64,000 nt of DNA from Burkholderiales bacterium. GTDB lineage: Bacteria; Pseudomonadota; Gammaproteobacteria; Burkholderiales; SG8-39. The notes below the pieces were generated by a model, which was not told where the DNA came from, made no database searches, and saw only the letters and a list, made by a program, of their open reading frames with translations. Positions 22,874-31,705 of this stretch are shown piece by piece; position 1 is the stretch's first letter, and the number at the start of each line of letters is the position of its first letter. The DNA lies in contig DATEOW010000006.1 of assembly GCA_035273665.1 (NCBI GenBank), positions 60,318-124,317 of the forward strand. Direction: 5' to 3'. Position numbers and translations under genes: made by a program.

Positions 22874-24037
22874 ATGAGTGTAAGAGGTATCGACGCTCTC
22901 CACCTTGCAAAACCGCCGCTTGTGCTGCACGTCCTTCATCACCTGCATATGGGCGGTATGGAAAACGGCGTGGTGAACTTGATCAACAATATGCCGCCGG
23001 ACCGTTTCCGACATGCGATTGCATGCATTGAGGACTATTCCGACTTTCGTTTGCGGATTCGCCGGCCGGATATAGAAGTGCTGGCGCTACATCGTTCGCG
23101 CGTTGGCGTGTGGGCGATGCGTAAGCGCTTATATGAACTGTGTCGCGACATGCAGCCCGCCATCGTGCACACGCGGAATCGTTCAGGGCTAGATGCGCTT
23201 CTGCCGGCACGGCTTGCCGGAGCGCGCTTCTGTGTGCACGGGGAGCACGGCCGGGATGTCGATGATCTCGACGGCGAAAACAACAAACTCGTCTTGCTGC
23301 GGCGCTTGCATCGTCCGCTCGTGACTCGCTACATCACCGTTTCCAAGGACCTGCAAAGTTATCTGATTCGCAGAGTCGGTGTGTCGCCATGGCGAATCAC
23401 GCAAATTTATAACGGTGTCGACACAGAACGGTTCAAGCCCGTCACCGAAAAACCAACGGGCGTCCTTCCGCTCCCATTTGTCGCGCAGGACGCACTGGTG
23501 ATCGGTACAGTTGGACGCATGCAAGCAGTGAAAGATCAAGCGACACTCATACGCGCGTTTGCGCTGTTGCTCGCATCGCGCCCGCAAGCGCAGCTTTATC
23601 TTGCGCTGGTTGGCGATGGCCCTTTACGCCCGCAATTATCAGCGCTCGCGACTGAGCTGAAAATCGCTCATCGCGTTCACCTGACCGGTGCGCTAGACGC
23701 GGTACCAGAAGCTTTGAACAATTTGGACATCTTTGTGCTGCCTTCTCTCGGGGAAGGCATTTCAAATACGATTCTCGAAGCGCTCGCGAGCGGTCTGCCC
23801 GTCGTCGCGACGGCGGTCGGCGGCAATGTGGAACTTGTTCAGGCGGGAGAATCCGGCGAGTTCTTCATGCCGGGCGATGCAGAAGGTTTGATGCGCCTCC
23901 TCGCGCGTTACGTTGATGACCCACAACTGCGGCGTGCGCATAGCGCCGCGGCCAGACGCGTTGCCTTGCGCGACTACAGTATGGCCGCCATGGTCGAAAG
24001 TTATTCGCGGGTGTACACGAATTTATTGTCGACCTAG
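22874..24037 (+). CDS. GT4-family glycosyltransferase (resembles the PEP-CTERM/exosortase-associated sugar transferase subgroup)
   Basis: The N-terminus HHLHMGGMENGVVNLINNMPPDRFRH and the C-terminal GT4 EX7E region (PSLGEGISNTILEALASGLPVVAT). The subgroup assignment is from memory of TIGR03088-like N-termini. Confidence 0.75.
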   Translation: MSVRGIDALHLAKPPLVLHVLHHLHMGGMENGVVNLINNMPPDRFRHAIACIEDYSDFRLRIRRPDIEVLALHRSRVGVWAMRKRLYELCRDMQPAIVHTRNRSGLDALLPARLAGARFCVHGEHGRDVDDLDGENNKLVLLRRLHRPLVTRYITVSKDLQSYLIRRVGVSPWRITQIYNGVDTERFKPVTEKPTGVLPLPFVAQDALVIGTVGRMQAVKDQATLIRAFALLLASRPQAQLYLALVGDGPLRPQLSALATELKIAHRVHLTGALDAVPEALNNLDIFVLPSLGEGISNTILEALASGLPVVATAVGGNVELVQAGESGEFFMPGDAEGLMRLLARYVDDPQLRRAHSAAARRVALRDYSMAAMVESYSRVYTNLLST

Positions 24038-26754
24038 TGCGCCTGCTCCCAATTGGGGCCGACGCCAACCTCGACCCCGAGGGGCACTTTCAACTCTGCA
24101 ACGCCGTTCATCAGCGCGGGAAGCTCCGTCTTTAGACGCGACACCTCCTCTTCCGGGACCTCGAGCACCAACTCGTCATGAACTTGCATGATGAGTTTGC
24201 TTTGCATCGCTTCGCGGTCCAACCAGTTTTGCACCGCAAGCATCGCCAGTTTGATTAGATCAGCGGCGGTGCCTTGCATGGGCGCATTGATCGCCGCACG
24301 TTCCGCGCCCGCACGCCTTGCGGCATTGGCACTACGAATCTCCGGGAGCCATAAGCGACGCCCGAACACCGTTTCGACATATCCCTGTTCCCGCGCCGCT
24401 TGGCGCGTTTCCGCCATGTACTTGGCCACGCCAGGATAACGCGCGAAATAACTGTCGATATAAGCTTGCGCGGTTGCGCGTTCGATGCCAAGGTTCTGCG
24501 CCAAGCCGAAGGCGGACATACCGTAGATGAGGCCAAAATTGATCACCTTGGCGTAGCGCCGTTCCTCCGCGCTGACTTCGTCCAATGTACGGCCAAACAC
24601 CTCGGCAGCGGTTGCACGGTGGATATCGCGCCCGTCCGCGAAAGCGCGCACCAAGCTCTCGTCGCCGGAGAAATGCGCCATGATGCGCAATTCGATCTGC
24701 GAATAATCTGCCGATACGATGACCGAGCCGGCCGGTGCGATGAACGCCTCGCGTATGCGGCGGCCTTCCACCGTGCGAACGGGGATGTTCTGCAAGTTCG
24801 GATCGTTCGACGAAAGACGACCGGTAACAGCCGTTGCTTGGCCATAGTTGGTATGCACGCGGCCGGTGCTCGGATTGACCATGCGTCCGAGCTTGTCCGT
24901 ATAAGTGGATTTCAATTTCGCCAAACCGCGAAACTCGAGCAGGGTCTTGGGTAGCGGATAATCGAGCGCCAATTTCTCGAGCACTTCTTCGTCCGTCGAT
25001 GGTCCCCCGCTGGGCGTTTTCTTTATCACCGGCAATTGCAAACGATCGAATAAAATTTCGCAAATCTGCTTCGGTGAGTTGAGGTTAAAGGGTTGCCCCG
25101 CTTCAGCGTAAGCCCGCTCTTCGAGCGCAAACATCTTCTGACCTAATTCATGACCTTGGGCTTCCAACTGTGCCGCATCGACCAGCACGCCATTTCTTTC
25201 CATGCGATACAAAACTTCACGCACCGGCATTTCGATATCGGCGTAGACGAAATGCAAACGCTCATCGATCTGAATCTGTGGATGCATCACTCGATGTAAG
25301 CGCAATGCAAGATCTGAGTCTTCGCAGGAATATTCCGCGGCGCGCTCGACCTCCACCTCTTCGAAGCCGATGCGCTGTGCCCCCTTACCCGTGACGTCGT
25401 CATAACTGATCGTCGATAGATTGAGGTAACGTTGCGCCAGGTAGTCCATGTCATGACGCATATGGCTCTCCAGCACGTAGTGCTGTAACAGCGTGTCTTG
25501 CTGAATACCGCGTACTTGAATGCCGTAGTTCGCGAGCACATGCTGGTCGTATTTCAGGTTCTGACCGATCTTCGGTCTATCGGAATTTTCCAACCATGGA
25601 CGGAGTAAGCGCAGACCGCTCTCGACGCCGATTTGGTCGGGTGCGCCGGGATAACGATGATCTAGCGCGAGGTACGCCGCGTGTCCCACTTCGGTGCAGA
25701 AAGAAACTCCGACTAATTGCGCCCGCATGGGATCGAGCGATGTGGTCTCCGTGTCGAATGCGACCACCTCGGCACTTTCAATACGGCCCAACCAACGCTG
25801 CACATCGGCTTCCGTCAGCAGTAGCTCATAACGCCGAGGGATGTCCGGCGGCGGCGCTACGAGCGCGGTGACCAGAGGCTTGGGCGGTTCCGCATCGCCC
25901 GCCTGTTCGATGTCTTTCAACCAAGTCTTGAATCCGAAATGCCGGTACAGCTTCGCAAGTTCCACGTTGTCGCAAGGCTTCTGCGCCAGCGCTTCAAATT
26001 CGAAAGGTAGCGGCACGTCGCACCTGACTGTAACGAGCTCACGGCCTTTGGGCAGCCACTCCAACGCCCGACGTAAATTTTCGCCGACGACGCCTTTGAT
26101 CGCGGGCGCATTGGCGATCACACCGTCGAGCGAACCGTATTCGGCGATCCACTTCGCAGCGGTTTTGGGGCCGCATTTGTCGACGCCCGGAATATTGTCG
26201 ACTGCATCGCCCACCAGCGTGAGGTAATCAACGATACGGTTTGGCGGGACGCCGAACTTCGTCAGTACGTTCGCTTCGTCGAGCTTTTCATTGCTCATAG
26301 TATTGACCAACGTGACATGCGCGTTCACAAGCTGGGCCAAGTCCTTATCGCCCGTCGAAACGACGGTATGAAACCCACGCGCTGTCGCATGTTGACTGAG
26401 CGTTCCAATCACATCGTCGGCTTCGACACCGTCTATCGTGACGACGGGCCAGCCCATTGCTTGAATCGCTTCACACAAAGGCGCGATTTGCACGCCTAGT
26501 TCCTCAGGCATCGCCGTGCGGTTGGCCTTATATTCGGGAAACAGGTCGTCTCTGAAGGTTTTGCCCCGCGCATCGAACACGCAGGCGAGGAAATCCGCCT
26601 TGTAGTCGGACAGGAGCCGTCGTAGCATGCTTAGCACGCCGTAAATCGCGCCCGTAGGCTCGCCCGAGGGACTCCTCAGATCGGGCAAGGCATGAAAAGC
26701 CCGATAAAGATATGAAGAGCCATCCACCAGCAGCAGGAGTTTTTCGCCAGACAT
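24034..26754 (-). CDS. polA: DNA polymerase I
   Basis: 5'-nuclease (LLLVDGSSYLYRAF), 3'-5' exonuclease (FDTETTSLD) and polymerase motifs (DYSQIELR, RRYAKVINFGLIYG, QVHDELV). Start is taken at ATG 26754 (MSGEKLLL). The ORF track begins at a TTG at 26772. Confidence 0.95.
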   Translation of the reverse strand: MSGEKLLLLVDGSSYLYRAFHALPDLRSPSGEPTGAIYGVLSMLRRLLSDYKADFLACVFDARGKTFRDDLFPEYKANRTAMPEELGVQIAPLCEAIQAMGWPVVTIDGVEADDVIGTLSQHATARGFHTVVSTGDKDLAQLVNAHVTLVNTMSNEKLDEANVLTKFGVPPNRIVDYLTLVGDAVDNIPGVDKCGPKTAAKWIAEYGSLDGVIANAPAIKGVVGENLRRALEWLPKGRELVTVRCDVPLPFEFEALAQKPCDNVELAKLYRHFGFKTWLKDIEQAGDAEPPKPLVTALVAPPPDIPRRYELLLTEADVQRWLGRIESAEVVAFDTETTSLDPMRAQLVGVSFCTEVGHAAYLALDHRYPGAPDQIGVESGLRLLRPWLENSDRPKIGQNLKYDQHVLANYGIQVRGIQQDTLLQHYVLESHMRHDMDYLAQRYLNLSTISYDDVTGKGAQRIGFEEVEVERAAEYSCEDSDLALRLHRVMHPQIQIDERLHFVYADIEMPVREVLYRMERNGVLVDAAQLEAQGHELGQKMFALEERAYAEAGQPFNLNSPKQICEILFDRLQLPVIKKTPSGGPSTDEEVLEKLALDYPLPKTLLEFRGLAKLKSTYTDKLGRMVNPSTGRVHTNYGQATAVTGRLSSNDPNLQNIPVRTVEGRRIREAFIAPAGSVIVSADYSQIELRIMAHFSGDESLVRAFADGRDIHRATAAEVFGRTLDEVSAEERRYAKVINFGLIYGMSAFGLAQNLGIERATAQAYIDSYFARYPGVAKYMAETRQAAREQGYVETVFGRRLWLPEIRSANAARRAGAERAAINAPMQGTAADLIKLAMLAVQNWLDREAMQSKLIMQVHDELVLEVPEEEVSRLKTELPALMNGVAELKVPLGVEVGVGPNWEQAH

Positions 26755-26800
26755 GGACGAGAAGTTAACCAAGAATCGATTGAATAAATTGCCGAAGACG

Positions 26801-27502
26801 ATGGCGGCCGGCGCCGATGTGCGCTCGACCAGCTCGCTTGAAGCCTGGCAGCTGTTTGCGATTATGTCAGAGTTCGTCGAAGCGACAGAACGTCTGCATC
26901 ACGTGCATCCGGCGGTGAGCCTTTTCGGCAGTGCACGCACTCCGGAGAATCATCCCTATTTCAAACTCGCGGAGCAAATCTCGCGACAGTTGTCCGATTC
27001 CGGCTTCACCGTTATCTCCGGCGGCGGTCCCGGCATCATGGAAGCCTCCAACCGCGGCGCCTTTTTCGGCAAATCGCCTGCGGTAGGCCTCAACATCGAG
27101 CTTCCCTTCGAACAGTGCGGCAACAACTATCAGGACATCAGCTTATCTTTTCGCCATTTCTTCGCACGCAAAGTCACTTTCGTGCGCTTTGCTATCGCCT
27201 ATGTCGTGATGCCGGGCGGTTTCGGCACACTCGATGAATTGACGGAAGCGCTAACGCTGGTGCAAACCGGAAAGGCACGCAAAATGCCCATCATTCTGGT
27301 GCATTCCCCGTTTTGGAAAGGCATGCTCGATTGGTTTCAAGATCGTCTGGTGGCAGAGGGCATGATCAGTCCCGAAGATATGAGCCTCATGCAAGTGATC
27401 GATAAACCGGAAGAGGTGGTCGAAGCGATTTTCCGTCACTACGAAAACCGCGGCGGCTTCATGCCCAAACCGGGAGAATACGAGAAGTACCTCAATCTGT
27501 GA
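26801..27502 (+). CDS. LOG-family (TIGR00730) Rossmann-fold nucleotide-binding protein
   Basis: Motifs GGGPGIMEA and PGGFGTLDEL. Start is taken at ATG 26801, because ATG 26753 would overlap the polA start codon (CATG). Confidence 0.8.
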   Translation: MAAGADVRSTSSLEAWQLFAIMSEFVEATERLHHVHPAVSLFGSARTPENHPYFKLAEQISRQLSDSGFTVISGGGPGIMEASNRGAFFGKSPAVGLNIELPFEQCGNNYQDISLSFRHFFARKVTFVRFAIAYVVMPGGFGTLDELTEALTLVQTGKARKMPIILVHSPFWKGMLDWFQDRLVAEGMISPEDMSLMQVIDKPEEVVEAIFRHYENRGGFMPKPGEYEKYLNL

Positions 27503-27542
27503 GCGCGGGAAGGCTTCTGCTAAACTGCATGCCTCTGCGAAA

Positions 27543-27887
27543 GTGATTTCTATGCGACGCTGTCTTCTGGTTTTGCTCACGGCTCTAGCGCTGCCTGCCT
27601 TCGGTCAACAACCGCTGCCGAAGCTTGAACCGATCCCTGAACCACCGCCCGCATCCGCGCCTACCGCGCTCGATGAACAAGCGCTTACCGAGCGCGGCGT
27701 CCAAATTCGTCCGGGAGAGACCGCGGAGGAATACATGGTCAATGGTCAACGGGTCATTCGGGTCCGACAAGCAAGCGGCCGCGTCTATTACCTGATCGAG
27801 CAGCAAGCCGGTTATGCAGGGCCTGCCGGTACCGACCCATCCGATTCGCGCCTGCGCGTACCGCAGTGGGTTGTTCATCAGTGGTAG
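27543..27887 (+). CDS. DUF2782-like small secreted protein
   Basis: A signal peptide (LLVLLTALALPAFGQ) and YMVNGQRVIRVRQASGRVYYLIE. The family name is from memory. Confidence 0.6.
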   Translation: MISMRRCLLVLLTALALPAFGQQPLPKLEPIPEPPPASAPTALDEQALTERGVQIRPGETAEEYMVNGQRVIRVRQASGRVYYLIEQQAGYAGPAGTDPSDSRLRVPQWVVHQW

Positions 27888-27905
27888 CGCTTCTACCGAC
27901 GTGAC

Positions 27906-28856
27906 ATGTCGGTCTACACCAAAGTCACCGAAAGCGAACTAAGCCGCTGGTTAGAGCAGTACGACGTTGGCCCCGTACGCGAACTCAAGGGCATCGCGGC
28001 CGGGATCGAAAATACCAATTACTTCGTTACTACTGCGCAAGGCCGCTATGTACTCACGCTATTCGAGCGCCTTGCGTCCGAGGATCTCCCGTTTTACCTC
28101 GACTTGATGGCGCATCTGGCCGAACGTGGGATTCCCTGCCCCCTACCCGTTGCATCGCGCGAAGGTAGGCGGACTTCGAACTGCAACGGCAAACCGGCCG
28201 TACTCTTCACTCGCCTGGACGGCAGCACCCTGACGGATCCGGATGTGCGGCATTGCGCGGCTGTCGGCGCGGTCCTTGCAGACATGCATCAGGCAGGACG
28301 CGACTATCCGGGCCAGTTGGAAAACCCTCGCGGGCCGAAGTGGTGGCACCGCACGGCACCGCGTGTGATGCCCTTTCTGGATGGCGATAGTCAACGCTTG
28401 TTGACAGCGGAATTGGCTTTTCAAAACACTCATCGGGCCGACGACCTCCCGCGCGGTCCAGTGCATGCCGATTTATTTCGGGACAACGTTCTTTTCCAGG
28501 ACCGCACGCTGACTGGAGTGCTTGATTTCTATTTCGCGGGAATCGATGCCTTGCTTTTCGATGTTGCCGTTACGCTCAATGATTGGTGTGTGCATGCGGA
28601 TGGAAGTATCGACCTTGCGCGCGCTCAAGCGCTTTTACGCGCGTATCACGCCAAGCGCCCGCTCTCCGAAGTCGAGCATACGGCTTGGCCCGCCATGCTG
28701 AGAGCTGCCGCCCTGCGCTTCTGGTTATCTCGTCTTTTCGATTTTCATCTGCCACGCCCCGGTGAACTCGTACACGCACACGATCCGGAGCATTTCCGCC
28801 GCGTCCTTCAGTCGCGCATTCGCGAAACGGCGAACGCGCCTTGGCCGCTGCCTTGA
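27906..28856 (+). CDS. thrB: homoserine kinase (ThrB, aminoglycoside-phosphotransferase-like type)
   Basis: The N-terminus MSVYTKVTESELSRWLEQYDVG...GIENTNYFVTT, and HADLFRDNVLF in the catalytic loop. Confidence 0.88.
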   Translation: MSVYTKVTESELSRWLEQYDVGPVRELKGIAAGIENTNYFVTTAQGRYVLTLFERLASEDLPFYLDLMAHLAERGIPCPLPVASREGRRTSNCNGKPAVLFTRLDGSTLTDPDVRHCAAVGAVLADMHQAGRDYPGQLENPRGPKWWHRTAPRVMPFLDGDSQRLLTAELAFQNTHRADDLPRGPVHADLFRDNVLFQDRTLTGVLDFYFAGIDALLFDVAVTLNDWCVHADGSIDLARAQALLRAYHAKRPLSEVEHTAWPAMLRAAALRFWLSRLFDFHLPRPGELVHAHDPEHFRRVLQSRIRETANAPWPLP

Positions 28857-29611
28857 AGATTGTCCCCGCCACAAACGGTTTGCAGTGGTTGCGTATCGGC
28901 TGGTTGCTATTCATGCGCAATCCCTTGATGTGGATTTTGGCTTTTAGCGCGCAATGGCTCATCGTTGCGGTCCTCGGACAGATTCCGGTCATCGGTCTTG
29001 TGCTCGCGACTTTGATCATGCCTGCGTTCTCGGTCGGGTTTATGACGATGGGTGCGGCGGCAGAGGGGGGACGTCCCCTCGAGCCGGCGCTTTTGTTCGC
29101 CGGTTTCCGCAGCACACCCGGACCCTTGTTCGCGTTGGGGGGCGCCTATTTGATCGCAGGGGCGCTTACCTTGCTCATCGCCAACTTCACCAGCGACATG
29201 ACTGTCTCGACCACGCCGGAAGGTCAAGCGGTCCTGACAGGCATAGAGAGCATGGACTTGCTGATTCCGGGCATCTTCTTTGCGCTTGCCCACATGGCGT
29301 TTTTTTTCGCGCCTGCCTTGACGGCGTGGCATCGCATGACGCCGCCCAAAGCCATGTTCTTTAGTTTTTTCGCGTGTCTGCGTAACTGGCGGGCGTTCCT
29401 GTTGTACGGCCTGGCGCTGGTGCTGATGATTTGCGGCGGTCTTCTACTGTTTTCGCTGTTGATGGCGCTTGTGCTGGGCGGCGAAGCGCCGGGAAACGCC
29501 CTGCAGAATTTCGCCTTCGCATTCATTCTGGGGCTTATGCCCGCGCTCCTTGCCAGTGTATATGCGGGCTACCGCGACATTTTTGGCGGCCCCGCCGCCC
29601 CGCCGGGTTAA
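28841..29611 (+). CDS. polytopic membrane protein of unknown function (BPSS1780-like)
   Basis: 256 aa with about 6 hydrophobic segments. It overlaps the thrB end by 16 nt. The family assignment is tentative. Confidence 0.55.
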   Translation: MAAALKIVPATNGLQWLRIGWLLFMRNPLMWILAFSAQWLIVAVLGQIPVIGLVLATLIMPAFSVGFMTMGAAAEGGRPLEPALLFAGFRSTPGPLFALGGAYLIAGALTLLIANFTSDMTVSTTPEGQAVLTGIESMDLLIPGIFFALAHMAFFFAPALTAWHRMTPPKAMFFSFFACLRNWRAFLLYGLALVLMICGGLLLFSLLMALVLGGEAPGNALQNFAFAFILGLMPALLASVYAGYRDIFGGPAAPPG

Positions 29612-29712
29612 GCCGGCCAGCAAGTGAAAGAATGCACGCCAAGACGTCTACGCCTTGGGCACTTCCTGGTCCTGAGGCCGGATAATCGCAACTCGATATC
29701 AATGAGGCGAGC

Positions 29713-30150
29713 ATGAAAAAAGGGCCGTGCGAGCTCTGCGAAACGGAGGGTGGCGCCGTGTTATGGCGCGATGAGTTTCTGCGCGTAGTCGCTGTGGAAG
29801 ATGCGGATTATCCGGGTTTGTGCAGGGTCATTCTGCAGCGGCATGTGGCAGAAATGAGCGACCTGCCGACGCCACAACGCACGCAAATGATGGAGGCGGT
29901 TTTCGCCGTTGAGCAGGCGCTTCGAGAACTGCTTCAGGCGGACAAGATCAATCTCGCGAGTCTCGGCAACATCACGCCGCACCTTCATTGGCACGTCATT
30001 CCGCGCTTTCGCGACGATGCGCATTTTCCCTCGCCTATTTGGGCGGAGCGTCGCCGAGACGCTGTGCCCCCGAAAGTGGATCCAATACAACTAAGCGCTT
30101 ACGTGACCAAGCACATGGCAATGACCACGGCGGAGAACACTCATGGCTGA
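29713..30150 (+). CDS. HIT-family nucleotide hydrolase/transferase
   Basis: Histidine-triad motif HLHWHVIPR, with an N-terminal CxxC (CELCE). Confidence 0.85.
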   Translation: MKKGPCELCETEGGAVLWRDEFLRVVAVEDADYPGLCRVILQRHVAEMSDLPTPQRTQMMEAVFAVEQALRELLQADKINLASLGNITPHLHWHVIPRFRDDAHFPSPIWAERRRDAVPPKVDPIQLSAYVTKHMAMTTAENTHG

Positions 30151-31705
30151 GCCCGCCGTCATTGATCTGAAGAGCTGTGAAGCTTGGCTAGGCCGCACGC
30201 CTTTGGCCGATGCGCGTCAAGCTTGCTCGGCGCTGACCGCATTGCTCGAATCCTTGCAAGAGTCTCCGCCGCGAGACGGCGCTTATCTTGAAATTCTCGA
30301 GCGTCTGCGCGAACCCATCGTTGTCGCACTTTTCGAGCGTTCCAAAAAATTCAGCTCGCGTCCTCTGCCTTTGATCGAAAGCGAACGCGAAGCCTTCCAT
30401 CAAGTGCTGGATCTTTGGCGGTCACTCGGCAATGCTTATCGCCATCTGTTCATGGCGCTCACTGAAAACTCCGGCGCGCATCCGGAATTGCGGGGCCAGG
30501 GCGCATTGCTTGCCCAGCGCGCGCTCGATTGCGTGGTCGATCTCATGCTAAGTCACTACCGTTGCCGCCGCGAATTGGATCCCGAGCTGTGGCAGGACTT
30601 GCATGCCCTGCATCGCATTGTCGACCAAGCCGGCTTCGCGCAGCAGGAGGTCTCGGTCGGACGCAAATCAAAATCCGTATCGAGCGCCGCAGAAGTCTAT
30701 GCGAGAGCACTTTTACTGGCCCTGGCGAATCCCTATGCGTTGAGCGCGCGTGAACTCACTTGGGCGCGACGCTGGTCGGCGAAATGGGCTTATAAGGTCC
30801 AGTTTTCGAACGACGGCAAGGACTGCTACACCGTCAACCCGCAGGGCAATACACCCCCGGCATGGGCGGCAAAGCCGCCGCCGAATGTTTTTTGCGTCGA
30901 CGCGGCAGAGGTCAGACGCAGTATTCGCTCCCGTTTAAAAAAACTAGATGCCGGCGAAACTGCTGAAAGCCTCGGCCTCGGCAACGATTGCGTCCAACCG
31001 CAATGCAGCGACCTGCTTCAAACACTCGCGCGCGCATGGACCGAGCAACCGACGACGAGACAGTTTCATCGCCGCGCGACCCCAAGCGCCGCGAAGCTGA
31101 GCACGAGCTTCGAAGCGATCCACGTCGCAATCACAGGACGTATTTTCAAAGACACCGCGAAACAGTGGTCATATGCGCGTCGTCACGACACCGAAGACCT
31201 TTATAGCTATCACGGGGCCGCACAGGCGCAGAGCAGCGCCGCCGTCGCGCTGGATGCCGAAAACTGGGAAATCTTGGATGAGAGCGCGACTGGCTTCCGG
31301 GTGCGGCGCCCTGCCGGCCAAGGCCAGCGTCTTTCTCAAGAACAACTGGTCGCATTGCGCCCGGACGACGGCAGCAGCTTTATCCTCTGCGATATCCGAT
31401 GGCTGATGACCGGTATTGATGAATCGCTGAGTGTCGGTTTGTCTGTGTTACCCGGCGTCGCCAAAGGGATTGCGATCCGGCCTCTCGCGGCGCCGGACAA
31501 ACCGGCCGAGGCCTATACTCAAGCGTTCATGCTACCGCGCACACCTGCGGGCGCCGCAACCTTGATCATTCCCATTGGTGTTTTTCAAGGCGGTCGCATG
31601 ATCGAAGCGCGCATCGACGATGAGCTAAAACGCATTCAGCTCTGCGAACATTTGCAGCGGGGTTTTGATTACGATCGGGCCAGTTTCGTGTTCGCCGAAA
31701 ACTAG
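30143..31705 (+). CDS. conserved hypothetical protein, 520 aa, possible divergent C-terminal PilZ-like domain
   Basis: ATG overlaps the HIT stop by 8 nt. The N-terminal half is helical. The C-terminal part carries RQFHRR (aa 306-311) and DESATGFRV (aa 379-387), which resemble the PilZ RxxxR and D/NxSxxG motifs, although the spacing is atypically long. Confidence 0.5.
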   Translation: MAEPAVIDLKSCEAWLGRTPLADARQACSALTALLESLQESPPRDGAYLEILERLREPIVVALFERSKKFSSRPLPLIESEREAFHQVLDLWRSLGNAYRHLFMALTENSGAHPELRGQGALLAQRALDCVVDLMLSHYRCRRELDPELWQDLHALHRIVDQAGFAQQEVSVGRKSKSVSSAAEVYARALLLALANPYALSARELTWARRWSAKWAYKVQFSNDGKDCYTVNPQGNTPPAWAAKPPPNVFCVDAAEVRRSIRSRLKKLDAGETAESLGLGNDCVQPQCSDLLQTLARAWTEQPTTRQFHRRATPSAAKLSTSFEAIHVAITGRIFKDTAKQWSYARRHDTEDLYSYHGAAQAQSSAAVALDAENWEILDESATGFRVRRPAGQGQRLSQEQLVALRPDDGSSFILCDIRWLMTGIDESLSVGLSVLPGVAKGIAIRPLAAPDKPAEAYTQAFMLPRTPAGAATLIIPIGVFQGGRMIEARIDDELKRIQLCEHLQRGFDYDRASFVFAEN

